Below the pieces are notes generated by a model that did no database searches, was not told where the DNA came from, and worked only from the letters and a program-made list of their open reading frames with translations. A program made the position numbers and the translations under genes. From positions 118,860 to 182,859 of IMG/VR virus record IMGVR_UViG_3300042013_000056: a DNA stretch of 64,000 bases. One strand, written 5' to 3'. Each line of letters opens with the position of its first letter. The first letter of the stretch is position 1. This DNA is from a virus. Below, one piece after another: positions 63,604-64,000 of this stretch.

Positions 63604-64000
63604 ATGTATGACGTGAAAATTGCGGCTTATGATGAGTCCTTTGTCTTGGTTGCTGGTGAACCATCTGTTCGCTACGACCTACACGACAAATTCAAATTCT
63701 ATGTTGACGGCTCCGAATTCAGCCCCAAGGTCAAATATGGCGTGTGGGATGGATATATCAGACTGTACAACATTCAAAAACAACTTTTGCCAAAAGGCTT
63801 GCTGCTTGAACTGTTGCAATACTGCAAACAGGAAGGTTACAGCGTAGAATTTGACAAAACCCTGATCCCACAAAAGATCGACAAAGAACATTATGATGCT
63901 TGGTTGGATTCAAAAACCATTCTAGCCAAGGGTAATAGTATCAAACCACACTGGTATCAGTATGATGCGGTTCTGCATGGTCTGAATAAACAACGTGCGT
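63604..64000 (+). CDS. uvsW: UvsW helicase, 5' part
   Basis: ATG 63604: ...FSPKVKYGVWDGYIRLY...PHWYQYDAV; CATAAATA at 63563. Confidence 0.9.
   Translation, partial: MYDVKIAAYDESFVLVAGEPSVRYDLHDKFKFYVDGSEFSPKVKYGVWDGYIRLYNIQKQLLPKGLLLELLQYCKQEGYSVEFDKTLIPQKIDKEHYDAWLDSKTILAKGNSIKPHWYQYDAVLHGLNKQRA

Overview
A 64-kb piece of a T4-superfamily (Tevenvirinae-like) myophage genome. The host is possibly a pseudomonad, inferred only from a PL7 alginate lyase. Positions 1-30.7 kb lie almost entirely on the minus strand: gp46/gp47/gp55, accessory genes (Acb1/57B-like, YqeY-like, metallophosphoesterase, alginate lyase, HNH and GIY-YIG nucleases, a TROVE/Ro60-like vWA protein, YkuK-type RNase H, dNMP kinase), and a very large RNA gene array. 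The array holds 32 sense tRNAs covering all 20 amino acids, an amber (CUA) tRNA, about 10 aberrant tRNA-like RNAs and many non-tRNA structured RNAs. Tail-hub genes follow (3, 29-like, 51, 26, 54, 2, 4). From 30.7 kb the plus strand carries the late virion module (48, 53, 27-like, 5, PAAR-M15, 25, 6-11, 13-23), then Tad2-like, inh and the start of uvsW. Main discoveries: (1) a ~530-nt ORF-free RNA with two tandem copies of the 23S rRNA L11-binding GTPase-associated centre, each with an inserted domain; (2) an amber suppressor tRNA plus genes whose RBS/ATG is followed by an early in-frame TAG; (3) a family of AACAGCA stem RNAs and permuted tRNA mimics near a Ro60-like gene; (4) a tRNA-like RNA with a 123-nt D-loop insertion; (5) a probable -1 frameshift fusing gp26 to gp51. 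All calls were made by eye, without databases or folding software.
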